Assembly: GCA_964016885.1 (NCBI GenBank)
Contig: OZ024740.1
Span: 177,754,001 to 177,818,000 of the forward strand
Direction: 5' to 3'
Origin: Eledone cirrhosa
Taxonomy: Eukaryota
Length of the DNA stretch: 64,000 bases
The position numbers and the translations under genes were made by a program. This document shows positions 1 to 14,294 of the stretch, one piece after another (positions within the stretch are counted from its first letter, which is position 1; each line of letters starts with the position of its first letter). The notes below the pieces were generated by a model that saw nothing but the letters and a program-made list of their open reading frames with translations, was not told where the DNA came from and did not search any database.

Positions 1-1107
1 GGATGATGATGCGCAAACATGCGCTGAGGCTGTGGCATCTCCAGGTATTCCTCACCGACCTACAACCGGTGTGGGAACCGTTTGTGAGACAGGCTTTCCC
101 ACAGCTCACCTCGCTGACGGAGCTGTAGTCCTGGGTCAAGAAAAGACCGAAAACGATGGGCACATTGAGTGCGCTCAGGCGCTCACAGTCCTCTGGCAAG
201 CGGGCGCAGCAATCAGTGGAGACTCCACTTCGACATTCTATAGAGGGATTGTACGTTGCAAGGGCGACGACGTGCTCGGAGAGACTCTGGGCGTCGAACA
301 CGATGAGTTCACCAGTCTGTTTTGTAGGACTTTCCGCCCGGGACCTACGGACAACTTCCAGAGGTCTCTGGCCTGGCAGTGCTACCGAGGAGCTCTACCG
401 GTTCGTGACAAGATCTACAGGCACAGACGCACCGGCAGGGATCCTTCTAAGAGGAAGTGTCCAAGATACGCGCAGGACATCGAAACAGTCCTGCACGCAA
501 TTGTATACTGCCTGGGCCTAACCGACCTGTGGAACTATGCAGAACAACTGCTGTCGCGTATGGGACAATTCCAGTTGACTGCCGAGTCTATAGTAAGGAT
601 CAAACCGCCAGCCTCTTTCATAAACGAAAGAGAGGCGGTTTTCCTCTGTACAGTGGCTATGGTGAAAGAAGTTATATAGTGGACGAGATTGAGAGGACTG
701 AGAACAGATGCCTTTCTCTCCGGACAACAATTGATTCCCTTCTTTAAGTATCACTTTAGAAGGAGAATCAGGGTGGTGAGAGAGGCACTGCACCCCAGTA
801 AATTTACTGACAGGTGGGTGAATGAAGCGAAAATGGCCCGAGTGATTGGGCCCTCTCTGTTTATAAGCCTGTAGGTTGAAGAAGAGAACAAAAGGAAGAA
901 AGGAGCACTTGCACAACACGCTCCTGGAGTTAAGGGTTGTTCTATCGACGGGGTATTAAACAACCCATTTGTAGCGCTTCCCCCCTATTGGGGATTTCGA
1001 TTGTTGTAATTGTTTGTTTTTATATTTTTTACACGACTGTATGTAAAATCCCCGGCATGTCTTTGTATTGTCCCCTTTTCTTGTGCGCCCTTGTGGCAAA
1101 TAAAGAA

Positions 1108-1108
<1 letters not shown>
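1..1108 (+). mobile_element. Tx1-clade non-LTR retrotransposon, 3' part (ORF2 C-terminal zinc finger plus 3' UTR), cut by the window edge
   Basis: Translation gives LAWQCYRGALPVRDKIY...CPRYAQDIETVLHAIVYC (C-terminal CCHC-type finger of L1/Tx1 ORF2). In-frame stop at about 679, ORF2 stop at 874. The UTR ends AATAAAGAAA and runs directly into (TCTA)n. Confidence 0.9.
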
Positions 1109-1177
<69 letters not shown>

Positions 1178-1200
1178 TTATTTATTTATCTATCTATCTG
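1109..1200. repeat. (TCTA)n microsatellite, target/tail of the Tx1 family
   Basis: Direct reading. Confidence 0.95.
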
Positions 1201-1450
1201 GCTCTCTCTCTACATTTCTATATATATATATATCTATGTATATGGACACGTGTTAAACTTCCTCGGTAATTTTTGTTTAAAGTTCTTTAGAAATTCGTCA
1301 TTGTGAACTTTTATTTTTATACAAATTTGTAGAAGGACTGACAGATCAAATTTTGATCTGGTCAGTCTCCCAATATATCGTGCCCCTCAGGGCAAAAACA
1401 TCCAACATATTTTCGAAAATAATTTTGCAAAACACTTCATATTTTAAAAA

Positions 1451-3318
1451 ATGGCCGAAACAAAGGCACCTACTTCATTGTCAATACAAGAAGATGGGAA
1501 GAGAAAGCCATGTCTACTTGACCAGCAGGTAGTCGCAGACACGGACAAAGGAATGCCAACATTATCGCCTCAACATTTAGAAGAGGAACACGCTTCAGCT
1601 GCTTGTAAGTAACTGAACACGCTTGACGTCACAAACGTCACATGTATCCACACACAGAAGGAAGAATGTGTAGCAAATACTAACACCACCACAAACAACA
1701 ACAACAACAACACAATAAATGAGAACAACAATACAACAAAAGGAATCAGCGGCAACACAACGAATGAGACCATCATCACCACCAACAACAACAATAACAA
1801 AATTTCAATTGCAGCAACCGTTGCTAAGCAACAGGATTTTAAATATTACTCTATGGACATTTCCCAAAAGTCCCAATATGTGGAAGAAGCTTCCAACTAT
1901 GTGACGTTTGAGGGAGACACCCCACACATACACATACCCCCCACAAGTAAGAGAGATGACACAGAAAATGAAACTAATCTATAGAACAGTTGACATCATT
2001 ACAAAAAAAAACCATAACGCTCCCAACAAGCACTATTGGAGCTGCACTAAAAGATATCAAGCCAGAGTGGCATACCTCCAAAGAGCTAAACAGTCTGGAA
2101 GTGTGTCAGTGCTCTTTAAGAGCGAAACTCTGGCTCAAAAACACTCGGTTCACCCAATAAAAACGGATCAACACATCTTCTTCCCCACATACATGGGAAG
2201 AAGATCCTACAAAATAAAAATAACCATGATCCCAGCAGAGGTCAACATATGGTGGATCCTACGCTGCATCCTGAAGAAGGATGAGGACACCATCCTATCT
2301 GTAGACAGGACAGACCGGAATAATTGGTTTGGAACCTGCATCGAGGTTCTGGTACAAATGAGGCCAGAGAGAGTTGAGAAAATACCGGACAGGATCGTCC
2401 TTGAGGAAGATGTCATCTCCATTTTAGTGGAGAGGAAAAAACCTCAAGGCCATAAATGTGGGAAAACCACACACTTAAACGCCTTTTGCCCTCTCTTAAA
2501 CAAACCGAGGACAAACAAGGTGTTATTACCAACACCAAAACCCCAACATCAACACCCCAAACCAAACACAACACAAAAACCTGCAACATCCACTTCCACA
2601 CCATCACAGGCCAGAGACAACCACACACACAAAATCCCAATGAAAAACCCTCCATTGCCTCCTCCCTCCCTGTCAAATACTTCCACAAACACCTGCACAA
2701 ACACTCCACCACACAACATACCCCTCCTATCTACCCCTTATTCAGGAGTCTCAGAAACGGGAACCTCTACATCTCCAAGTGAGAATGAAGAGGAACCCCA
2801 AATATCCAAAAAACAAAAAGAGACAAAAAAGACACGAAAACATCTACAGAAAACACGCACACGCCCAACCCCACCATAAACACACCGCCACAAACGACAA
2901 ACACACCAACAACACAATCACCACCAACACAACCAAACAAACACCCACACCACCACAATCACTAACCCCAACCACAAAAAGAAAACTACAAACAGAAACA
3001 GTACACATAAAAAACAAAACACATTACACATACATAAAAACAAGAAACAAAGATCTGGTGGAAACTGTCCGAAAGGACCGCACAATACAAACTGAAGGGA
3101 AAACCTTCCCCACCAACGACCCACCCCCAAACCTCAAACTTATCAGGGTAACAATCCTACAGTATGAAACTTTAAAAGAGAACTTCCCACATGATGTGGG
3201 CCCCTCTTGCCGAAAGCCCCTTAACCGTGTCCTGCTAAAAGGATTCCCTTCCTCCCCAAACACTACCAATCTGGACATGGAGATCGAACAACACGACCAC
3301 CAGGAAACGAAAAGGTAA
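1451..3318 (+). pseudogene. Tx1 ORF1 (gag-like, degenerate zinc knuckle, Pro/Thr-rich)
   Basis: ATG at 1451 (MAETKAPT...), ORF pieces 1908-2879 and 2779-3318. GHKCGKTTHLNAFC matches CX2CX4HX4C with the first Cys lost. Contains stops and frameshifts. Confidence 0.7.
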
Positions 3319-3358
3319 TTGTTCCTGCCTTTTTTCTCCTTAATTCTTCTTCACCAAC

Positions 3359-6300
3359 ATGGAGACTATACAAGCTGGATGTTTGAATGTACGTGGCCTG
3401 GGCATGTCCTGGAAACAGGGCCAGCTTTTAAATGATCTCAAGTCACATTGTATAGATGTGATAGTCATCACCGAGTCTAGGATTCACGACAAGCAGCAGC
3501 TAACCCCCATGTTCGATTATTTTGAGATCTACGCATCTCTCTGTCAGCCAGAACGTGGAGGGGGAGTTGCTATTCTGTTTCGAAAAAATTTGGATCTCAA
3601 AATACAGACGATTCACTTGGACCCGGAGGGCAGCCTGGTGGTCCTGGACGTGAATGGTATTGAAGGTGGAGCTTTCAGACTGGGGGCTGTATTACTCGAC
3701 TGGGACATCGCGACGAGAGTTCTTCAAGCGTCTGGAGCCATTCCTGGGAACGTCTCGCTCCTTAGTATTAGCGGGGGACTGGAATGGCATCTTAGACGCA
3801 CGTTGAGACTATGTAGGAGCTTGTGATAATAGAGGGGGGTGTAATAGCCTCAAAAATCTCATCAGCCAATTCCAACTGGCTGATAGATATCGACTTGACT
3901 TCCCAAGTGCACCACTGTGGACGTGGAGCAACCGCACTGGGTCTTCTAGATCGTATTTAGATAGACTTTTAATTAGACAGAATGATAAGGAAACATTAAG
4001 CTGTCCACAAATGCACATGGTTGCTCCTATTCAGACCACAAATTAGTCACCTGCGTAGTCAACCTTGATAGAACACATAGACAGGCACCCGGATACTGGA
4101 AGCTAAACATGTCGCTCCCGGCGCGTAAGGCCTACAGTAAACGGATTAGCACCTTAGTTAAGTGCCAGTTGACGGGGGCGATCGTCAACAACAGGTCGTG
4201 GTGCTCTCTTAAGAGAGCAATTAGAATAGAACCGATAGCATTTAGCAAGGAAGTAGCCTTAGAAATAAACAAAACTGAAAAGGAACTGGTAGCTAAAATA
4301 GAAGAGGGACTTAGGAATGGCAGTACAGCTGACGCGCTAGTGGCGAGAACGGCACTAGACCAGTTCTTCAACGTGAAACACGAAGGTTGTATTGTCAGAA
4401 GTAGAACACGTGCTCTAAGAAACGAGGGAACCAAAGCTGTTAGCTGGGCCCGAGTGGCAGAGGCGAAAAGTGGCAACAAATCCACAATCCGGTCTTTTCA
4501 AGACAAAGATGGATGCATTATACTTGAATCCAAGTAGATGTGCACGGCCTTCCAGCAGCATTTTGCACAACTGTTCGGGCAAAGCGGTACATCGAGCGAG
4601 GTGATTGACTTCAGCTCCTATCTCGACGGCGTACCGCGACTCTCGAGCACGGATGCAGAGAGCTGCGAAAAGCCGATCACAGCGGGAGAAATAGAAGGTA
4701 CCCTAGGCCGCTGCGGGAAAAGCAAACCACCCGTTTTAGATGGTCTACCCTATGACTCTTACATAGGCATGCCAGACTTGTTCCTGGCGTCCTCGAAGCG
4801 GTCTACATCAAATGGCAGCAGAACGGGAGTATTCCCAGTTCTGTAGGCAGAGGCGTAGTAACGCTGATCAGGAAAGATGAGAACAAGGGGGATGAGATAA
4901 GCAATTTCAGGTCCATAACTCAAACGTGTGCAATCCGACCAGGTCCATACACGACAACCTCCACCTCATGCGATACATCATAGAGAGGGTAGGGTGTAAA
5001 CCTGGCTTCGGTGGGACTGTGATCAATTTAGATCAGTCTATGGCATTTGATAGGGTCGACCATCAATACTTGGAAGCGGCTCTCAAGGCGGCCGGCTTCG
5101 GTCCCGTCTTCAGAGGCTAGATCGCTGCCATGCACACCAGCATCTGCTTGGCAGTCAAAGTGAATGGCTACCTATCAGAGCCATTCCAAATCATGCGTTC
5201 CATCCGTCAGGGATGCCCTCTCTCCTCCATTCTGTATGTACTGACTCTCGAGCCGTTACTGCAGAAGTTGGAGCTGTTGCAGGACATCCCGATCGAACCA
5301 GGACTGAGGAAAGCACCGTCGGCCTATGCCGACGACATAACCGTAATGGTGTCGAAAACCTCGGAAATCGGGGTAATCGGCAACCTATTATAGGAATACG
5401 AAACGTTGACAGGAGCAAGACAAGTATGTCGGTTTGCAACTCGGCACATGGAGAGGCAAACCCATGCCTTCCGACACTGTCGTTGGACGCTGGACGGAAG
5501 GACCGGTGAAATTGCTCGGCGTCTGGTTTGGTCCAGACCTCCAGGTGGACAAGAACTGGAACGAAGTCACGGCGAAGGTGTTTGCACTCACCCAGAAGTG
5601 GGCTGAGTGCAAACTCTCCTTGAAAGGTCGAGCGGAGGTGGCGAACACTTACATAGCGTCTGTCATCTACTACCGCTTGACAGTCGTGCCTTGCCCCCGC
5701 GAATACCTTCCCAAAATGGAACGCCTACCCTTCAAGTTCCTCTGGAAGAAACAGGCTCCATTGGTGAGGAGATCCATCTGCTGTCGACACCCTTCTAACG
5801 GAGGGCTGGGCATACCGTGGCTGATGATGCGCAAACACGCGCTGAGGCTACGCCATCTCCAGGTATTCCTGACCGGTGAACCGGTGTGGCTGTCGTTTGT
5901 GAGACAAACTCTTCCACAACTCGTCTCATTAAGCGAAGACCGAAAATGAGTGCCTGGCACCTCGAGTGCCTACAGACGCTCACAGCCCTCTAACAAGCGG
6001 AAACAGCAATCAGCGGAGACTTCACTTCGACAATTCTCTAGGGGATTAGTGGAGGATAAATGCGACGGCGTTCTCGGGGAAACTCTAGGCATCGAGGAGG
6101 ACGAACTGACCAGTCTGTTCGGGGAGGACTTTCCGTCCAGGGCCTATGGATAACTTCCAGAGGTCTCTGGCCTGGCAATGCTACCGAGGAGCTCTACCAT
6201 TTCGATACAAAATCTACAGGCACGGACGCCCTGGCAGAGATCCTGCCAAAAGGACCTGTCCAAGATGCGAGCAGGACATCGAAACCGTTCTGCACGCAAT

Positions 6301-6673
6301 TGTTCAGTGCCCAGGGGTGACCGACCTGTGGAATTATGTCGAACAGCTACTGTCACGCGTGGGACGCATCCAGTTGTCAGCCAAGTCCATCGTAAGGATC
6401 ACCACGCCGCCTTCATTTAAGAACGAAGGAGAGGCGGTTTTCCTCTGTCTGGTGGCTATGGCAAAAGAGGTAATATGGTGGACGAGGTTAAAAGGACTGA
6501 GGGCAAAAACCTTTCTCTCCGGACAACAACTTATCCCCTTCTTTAAGTATCACTTCAGACAGAAGGTGAGAGTGGAGAGAGAGGTGCTACACCCCAGTAA
6601 TTTCTCTGAGAGGTGGGTGAATGTGGCGAAAATGGCCCGAGTGAATGGGCCTTCTCTGTATATAAACCTGTAG
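3359..6673 (+). pseudogene. Tx1 ORF2: AP endonuclease, reverse transcriptase, C-terminal zinc finger
   Basis: APE motifs GCLNVRGL, VITESR, GGGVAILF. RT motifs INLDQSMAFDRVDH, SIRQGCPLS, AYADDITV. C-terminal CPRCEQDIETVLHAIVQC. Many stops and frameshifts, and an internal deletion near 4920 relative to the 8677-10781 copy. Confidence 0.9.
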
Positions 6674-6960
6674 GTTGAGGAAGATAAACAGAGGGAAACA
6701 GGAACACCTACAAAACGTGTTCCTGGTGTTGAGGGTTGTTCTATCCACGGGGTGTAAAACAACCCCGCAGTAACGTTCCCCCATATTGGGGATTTCAATT
6801 GTTATTTTATTATATATAGTTTGTTGTTATTTATTAATGTTAAAGTCATTTTTATGTAAAACCCCCGCCGTCACGTTTTGTAATGTCCTATTTTTCTACG
6901 CCCCTGTGGCAAATAAAGAAAGATATATATCTGTTTGTCTACCCAATCTATTTATCTATC

Positions 6961-7097
<137 letters not shown>

Positions 7098-7414
7098 TTA
7101 ATTGAATGCCAATGACAGCGTGATTCTGTTTTCGTTTTATGAATATATATAAGCATAAGCGTGTACGCAAGTTATGTTTATCTAAATATGTGACTTTATA
7201 AATATATATGTACGCTTACGTGTGTATTATATTTGAGGTGAAGGTAGCAAGTGCGAGTTTGTTTCTGTTTTATTTATATTTCATGTGAATAGAAATTACT
7301 CAAACCAATTGACTTTCGAACCTTGTGTATGTATTTCGCCGAGACTTCAGGGCGCGTGTATCGGAGGGTAGGTAGTTAGGTAGGTGCCATTCTCTTTCTC
7401 TCTTTATATCTATC

Positions 7415-7461
<47 letters not shown>

Positions 7462-7675
7462 TTGGTTAAATGAGCAATCAGAATTGTATATAAATAAGTT
7501 CATGCAAACATAGCGATAGTGTTCTGAACATTTCTATACACTAATGAATTAAATACACCTTTTCATTTCCTTTGTAAAAGAAGGGGAATATAGAGGCAGG
7601 TCTGTGTTGTACGATGACGGGAATACGGAGAAAGAGAAGGGGAGGTTGCGAGGTGTCGAGAGATAGATAGATAGA

Positions 7676-7916
7676 TTTCTTTATTTGCCACAAGGGCGTA
7701 CAAAAAGGTGGGACATTACAAAACGTGACGGCGGAGGTTTTACATAAAATCTTTAACAATAATGAATAACAATAAACCATATATAAAATAAAACAATCGA
7801 AATCCCCAATAGCGGGGTTGTTTTACACCCCGTGGATAGAACAACCCTCAACACCAGGAGCACGTTTTGAAGGTGTTCCGGTCTTCCTCAACCTACAGGT
7901 TTATATGCAGAGAAGG
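7676..7916 (-). mobile_element. 5'-truncated Tx1 copy (essentially the 3' UTR)
   Basis: Reverse complement matches about 6650-6920. GATA repeats on both sides. Confidence 0.85.
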
Positions 7917-7975
7917 AGATAGATAGACAGATAGCTAGACAGATAGATAGACAGACAGACATATAGATAGATAAC

Positions 7976-8650
7976 TTTCTATTTATTTGCCACCAGGGCA
8001 TCAAAGATTGGGACAAATACGAGGTGGGGGGGGGGGGTTACATATATTTCAAAGGACGTGTAAAATCATATAACAAATCAAATTCAACAATCGAAGTCCT
8101 CAATAGGGAAGGGCCGTTGACGTGGGTCGCACACACCCGAAAAAATGTGCAACCCTCCGGGTGCTCCCTTCCTCTCCTCCTTCTTCTCCTCTCTCACCTA
8201 CAGGCTGATATAGAGAGAAGGCCCATTCACTCGGGCCATTCTCGCCACTTTCGCCCACCTTTCATAAAACTTGCTGGGGTAGAGCACCTCTCTCTCCATT
8301 CTGATCCTTCTTCTAAAATGGTACTTGAAAAAAAGGACCAGTTGTTGGCCGGAGAGAAAGGTGTCTGACCACAGCCCTTTCAACCTCGTCCACCATACAA
8401 CCTCTTTCGCCATGGCTATCACACAGAGGAAAACCGCCTCTCCTTCGTTTTTGAAGGTGGGAGGTGGTTTGATCGTGACAATGTACTCGGTGGCCAACCG
8501 GATTGGTCCCACCCATGACAGTAGTCGTTCCACATAGCCCCACAGGTCAGCAACGCCCGGGCAGTGTACAATGCGTGCGCGACGGTTTCCCTCGTCACGC
8601 ACGCATCTCGGTCAGATCTTCTTCGAGGGGTCCCTACCCGGGCGCCCGTG
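7976..8650 (-). mobile_element. 5'-truncated Tx1 copy
   Basis: ORF 8198-8602 encodes the ORF2 C-terminus (EVVWWTRLKG...NGPSLYISL). GATA-like repeats on both sides. Confidence 0.88.
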
Positions 8651-8676
8651 GACAGACATATAGATAGATAGATAAA

Positions 8677-10781
8677 TTTCTTTATTACCCACAAGGGCAC
8701 AAAAGAAGGGGACAAATACAAATGGGGAGTTTACATACAGGTATATGAAAATAAAACTATTAAAAAAATAACAAATAACAATTGATATCCCCAATAAGGG
8801 GAGGCGTTACACAGGGGTTGTACACATCCCGAAAACATGTACAACCCTCATCTCCAGGAGCACCAAGAGTGAGTACTCCCTTCCTCTCTTCCTCTTTTTC
8901 CTCAACCTACAGCGTTATATAGAGAGAAGGCCAAACCACTCGGGCCATCTTTGCCAAATTCACCCACCTTTTATAAAATTTGCTGGGGTACAGCACCTCT
9001 CTCTCCATCCTGATTCTTCTTCCAAAATGATATTTGAAAAAATGAATCAGTTGCTCGCCGGAGAGAAAGGTGTCTGACCTCAGCCCTTTTAACCTCGTCC
9101 ACCATATAACCTCTTTCACCATAGCCATAACACATAGGAAAACCGCCTCTCCCTCGTTTTTTAAGGAGGGTGGCGGTTTGATCATGACAATGGACTCGGT
9201 GGTCAACTGGATTGCCCCCCCCCCCCGCGACAATTGTCGTTCTACATAGCTCCACAGGTCGGTAACGCCCGGGCAGTGTACAAATGCGTGCGCGACGGTT
9301 TCCTCGTCGCGCACGCATCTCAGACAGATCTTTTTCGAAGGGTCCCTACCCGGGCGCCCGTGTCTGTAGAGCTTGTCTCGAACTGGTAGAGCTCCTCGGT
9401 AGCACTGCCAGGCCAGGGACTTTTGGAAGTTGTCCATTGGTCCCGGGCGGAAGGTCCTACCGAACAGACTGGCCAGTTCGTCCTCCTCTACGCCCAGAGT
9501 TTCTCCGAGCGTGGCGTCGCACTTGCTGCGGACCAACCCTCTATAAAATGTCGAAGTGGAGTCTCCACTGATCGCCGGGTCCGTTTGCCAGAGGACTGTG
9601 AGCGCCTGAGCACATTCGATGTGCCAGTCGCCCATTTTCCTCGGTCTTTACTTGACCCAGGACTGCAGCTCTGTCAGCGAGACGAATCGTGGGAAGGCTC
9701 GCCTCACGAACGGGGACCACACCGGTTGTCTGGTGAGGAATACGTGGAGGTGCCGCAGCCTGAACGCGTGTTTGCGCATCGTCAGCCACGGCATCCACAG
9801 CCCTCCGTTTGAAGGGTGTTGGCAGCAGATATATCTTCTCACCAAAGGAGCCCGTTTCTTCCATAGGAATTGGAAGAGCGCGCTCCATTGTGGTGAGCGT
9901 TTTGGCTGGACAAGGCACGACGGTCAAGCGGTAGTAGATGACGGACGCTATAAAAGTGTTCGCCACCTCCGCTCGACTTTTCAAGGATAGTTTGCACTCG
10001 GCCCACTTCTGGGTTAGCGCAAACACCTTGGCAGTCACCTCGTTCCAGTTCTTCTCCACCTGGAGGTCCGGACCAAACCAGAGCCCGAGCAGCTTTACCG
10101 GTCCTTCCGTCCAGCGTCCGACGATGCCATCGGAAGGCATCGGTTTGCCTCTCCACGTTCTGAGTTGCAGACCGACGGATTTGTCCCGGTTCAGCTTCGC
10201 TCCTTGGAACCTTTGGTATTCCTCCAGTAAGGTGCCGATCTCCCCGATTTGCGAAGTGCTCGACACCATTACTGTCACATCGACACCATCACCGCTTTTC
10301 GTAGTCACGGTTCCGAAGAGATGCCCTGCATTAGCTCCAACTTCCGCAGTATTGGCTCGAGAGTCAGTACGTACAGAAGGGAGGAAAGAGGGCATCCCTG
10401 TCGGATGGATCGCGTGATATCGAACGGCTCCGAGAGGTAGCCGTTCACCTTGACTCTTGAGCAGATGTTGCTGCTCTGCATTGCAGCAATCCAGCTCCTG
10501 AACACGGTTCCGAAGCCTGCCGCCTCGAGCACCGCATCCAGGTAACGATGGTCAACCGTATCGAAAGCCTTAGACTGATCCAAGTTGATCAGAGACCCAC
10601 CGAAGCCGGGTTTACACCCTACCCTCTCTATGATGTATCGCATGAGGTGGAGGTTGTCGTGTATGGACTTGGTCGGGATTGCGCATGTCTGCGCTTCTCT
10701 CACCAGGTTTTCGACGACACGCGCCAGCCTCTTTGCCAACACCTTGGCCAAAATCTGTAACTCTGTGTTGAGCAGAGTTAT
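8677..10781 (-). mobile_element. 5'-truncated Tx1 copy (RT to 3' end)
   Basis: ITLLNTELQILAKVLAKRL, INLDQSKAFDTVDH, SIRQGCPLS and the C-terminal finger CLRCVRDEETVAHAFVHC. Flanked by (GATA)n. Confidence 0.9.
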
Positions 10782-10815
10782 AGATAGATAGACAGACAAA
10801 CATACAGACAGATAT

Positions 10816-10880
<65 letters not shown>

Positions 10881-10881
<1 letters not shown>

Positions 10882-11357
10882 TTCTTTATTAGCCACAGGG
10901 GCACAAAAGAAGGGGACAAATACAAAGGGGGAAGTTTACATACAATAAAAACGTGTAAAATGTTATCACAGATGGAATTTAAAAGTTAGTCGATTTTCCC
11001 CAATAGAGGGAGACAGTTTATATGGGTAACACATACCCCCGAAAAAATGTGCAACCCTCATCTCCAGGAGTACGAAGAGCTTGTACTCCTTTCCTCTCCT
11101 CCTCCTTTTCCTCAATCTACAGGCTGATATAGAGAGAAGGCCCATTCACTCGGGCCATTCTCGCCACTTTCACCCACCTTTCATAAAACTTGCTGCGGTA
11201 CAGCACCTCTCTCTCCATCCTGATTCTTCTTCCAAAGTGGTATTTGAAAAAAAGAATCAGTTGTTGGCCGGAGAGAAAGGTGTCTGACCTCAGCCCTTTC
11301 AACCTTGTCCACCATACAACCTCTTTCGCCATAGCTATCACACAAAGGAAAACCGCC
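10881..11357 (-). mobile_element. 5'-truncated Tx1 copy
   Basis: ORF 11117-11341 is the ORF2 C-terminus. (GATA)n on both sides. Confidence 0.88.
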
Positions 11358-11410
<53 letters not shown>

Positions 11411-11582
11411 GTAGGTAGGTTGTTAGGTAGGTAGATAGGTAGGTAGGTAGGTAGGTAGGTAGGTAGATAGGTAGGTAGGTAGATAGGTAGGTAGGTAGGT
11501 AGGTAGGTAGATAGGTAGGTAGTTAGGTAGGTAGGTAGGTAGGTAGGTAGGTAGGTAGGTAGGTAGGTAGGTAGGTAGATAG
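11358..11582. repeat. (GATA)n grading into (GGTA)n microsatellite
   Basis: Direct reading. Confidence 0.9.
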
Positions 11583-11884
11583 AAACACCCAGGAAAGCGA
11601 AAAAGAGAGAAAATAGAAGAAAGGAACGAGTAAGTCAAAGGAAGAAGTGTAAATGGAGATTAAGTGATGGCTTTTGTTTATTATATTGATTTCTAATTTA
11701 TGCATAAAGCCCGAACATTTGGAGGCACATTAAGGGTGATTAAATTATCCCCAGATCTTGACTGATATTTTATTCTAGCGACCCCGCAAGGGTATAAGTC
11801 AAGGACCCAGACCAAATACCGCAGTTGTATGTTATCTAATGCTCTACCAATTCTTCCAATTAATAAATCATTCTATAATGATTA

Positions 11885-12100
11885 ATATTGTTTCTACTTT
11901 TAGCACAAAGCCAGAAATTTGAAAGGGTGGGGAATGTTGAATAAAACGACCCTAGTGTGTTATTGGTACTTTATTTTATCGACCCCGTAAAGATGAAAGG
12001 CAAAGTTAACCTTAGTGGGATTTCAACTTAGAACGTACAGGGACGTATCTATATGCGGCAAAACATGTATCCGATGCTCTACCAATTTCGCCAACCTAGC
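11885..12100 (-). mobile_element. tRNA-derived SINE (family S1), one of several degenerate copies in 11690-12850
   Basis: Shares the motif ggtactttattttatcgaccccgtaaggatgaaaggcaaagttaacct with the copies at 14295, 18845, 33705, 46660 and 57150. Confidence 0.7.
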
Positions 12101-12853
12101 GCCCTCTATAATGATTAATATTAAATTAAAAAATGGGTATTGTGATTGGCAGATTTGGTAGAGCGTTGAATAAAATATTGTAATATTTGTAATGGCTACA
12201 TTCCGAGTGCAAACTTTCATAACACTTTATCGGTTGAATAAAATAAATATTTCTGCAAACATGCGTTATGTTACCGTAATTATATTCAGTATGCCTGTCT
12301 TTGTTTGCGATGATCAGTTATCCAAATAATCAATTACGCTATCTGATCACTTCATTCGGATAATCGAAGTCTAATTAGAATATTTGGTGACATTCAAAAG
12401 ATTCACAGAAAAGAGACTTGCTAGAATTCTATATACAAACAGTATATCGAATCTATTTTGCTTTACGTTACGACGACAAAAATAATTGTTTCTACATTTG
12501 GCACAAGGCCAGCAATTACCCACTACATTACTGGTACTTTATTTTATCGACCCCGTAAGGATGAAAGGCAAAGTTAACCTCGGCGGGAAACGACACTAGT
12601 TCTTTATTCGACGCTCTAATGTTTCCGTCAGTTTAAATAACATTAACTCAGTGCTTGACTGGTAATTCGTTTTATTAATCCCCGGCGGGTGAGATTTGAA
12701 CTAAGAATGTAAAGAGCCGAAACATGTATCGCAAGGCAATACCCATCTTAATCTACCACTATAATAAATTTTTAAATAGGCACATGGCCAGAGATTATGA
12801 GAAAGGGAACTCTATCGATCCCAACGACATATTTTGTTGATCTCAAAAAGATG

Positions 12854-13213
12854 TCAGATCAGGGTTCTGCCTGCTACTGGTACCATGTAACCTAGGATAA
12901 CATATTTCACGGCCATTTGGTCAGTGAATAAATCGACACCCTCATAAGACTCTGGTCTACTGAAGAGGGTAAGTGGAACCCCAGCAGCACAAAAATAAAA
13001 GCTGTTAAAATGGCGGATGAACTCCTCAGATTCAACGGCCATACACTCCAACTATGGATTAAAGAGCCTCTCCAATCTGCAATTGGCCATGCACGGTGAG
13101 TACGGCTACACCCCTGACATGACCATAAGCAAACAGAAACCGGTGGAGGTCAACCAGGGATGGGTTCCTCCAATAGGAGTGAGAAGGCCTTATATTAGAT
13201 TGGAAATTGATGG
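12854..13213 (+). mobile_element. RTE-like 5'-UTR fragment nested in an S1 SINE
   Basis: Interrupts the SINE motif aaggatg|aaaggcaaagtt, with GATG duplicated at both junctions. Contains ggcggatgaactc...caacggccat, also present reverse-complemented near 16970-17000. The RTE assignment is from recollection of RTE 5' UTRs. Confidence 0.45.
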
Positions 13214-13399
13214 AAGCCAAAGTTGACATCTGCGATTTGAGAACGTAAAGTGTTGTAACTAAATACTGCAATGCATTTATTTATCGGATAGAGCAACAGA
13301 GTAAATACTTTACAGTATTTAGTTATATATCTTTACATTGTTAGTTCAAATTTCAGTTTATTTGAACCGATTCAAATCGGCAATCATTTAGCCACGTCA

Positions 13400-14250
13400 C
13401 CCAGATGTTGAAGTGATTCAGATTTTGAAACTATAATCGAAATCGGAAGCCAAATAGCGAAAGTTTTCGATTTATCCAAATTGATCAGAACTTCCGAAGG
13501 TAGATTTTGTGCTCACTCTTTCTACGATGTATTGCATTTCGTGACTGTTGTGAATAGATCTGTGCAGGTTCACGTATCCTGATACCTCTACTAACGACAA
13601 ACACTTTGCACTTTGCAAAATCTTAAACTGCTGCATTCAGCAGAATCATTAGTCGAGACTGACTACAGTTCGCATCTTTCATTAGCAGTGCAACCACTCG
13701 CCGACTTATAGAACAGGAAATTCTGCCCCTCCGCTAGCTGAGATAAACATCTGCTATAACGTTGATGAGAAAGTCTGGTATGTATTCGTAAAAAGGATGA
13801 TCATCTAAGCAATGCAATTAGCCCATCATGCAACTACTAACATTCCCCAGGTGATATCAGCTTATTGCACTATTTCTCGTCTTTCGCTAAAACCCTTGGT
13901 ATCCTGTCAAGGTAGATACAACCATTAATGACCATCGCTCGCTCCAACAAGGACTAAAATATTGCTAGGAAGCCGCAATCATCAGCCTGAAATTGAATAA
14001 CACATATTCCCAATCTGTCAAAAGCCGATATGTTGGCATTGCTACAATATCACGTCTCTATTACCTGTATCCATCGAACGACGTTTGTCTCTTTCGTGTC
14101 TTATAGCACGCGCCCCTAGCTCTGCCAACGAAACTTTCGTGTTTCGCGGTGAAGAAATTGTTATGGGTCTAATCGCTATCATGTTCCATTTCGATGCTTT
14201 TTCTAATCGCTTCGTCTAATTTATTCCCTCGCTTCTACTTTAATCTATGT
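13400..14250 (-). pseudogene. Old, highly degenerate Tx1-related RT relic
   Basis: Minus-strand pieces RSIHNSHEMQYIVERVS and VLINLDKSKTF parallel RSIHDNLHLMRYIIERVG and INLDQSKAF of the young family. Confidence 0.6.
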
Positions 14251-14294
14251 TTCATGGTAATAATATTCATGATAGTGATTATTATAGAGTGGAA

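Larger units (their letters stand above)
1360..6921 (+). mobile_element. Near full-length, disrupted Tx1-clade LINE (ORF1 plus APE-RT-zinc finger ORF2)
   Basis: Two-ORF layout. The 3' UTR is homologous to the other copies and ends AATAAAGAAA followed by degenerate TATC. The 5' boundary is approximate (1200-1450). Confidence 0.88.

Noticed and set aside
12955-12995. CTGAAGA followed by a GGGT/ACCC hairpin
   Set aside because: No GAAA or stem I follows, so it is not a hammerhead.
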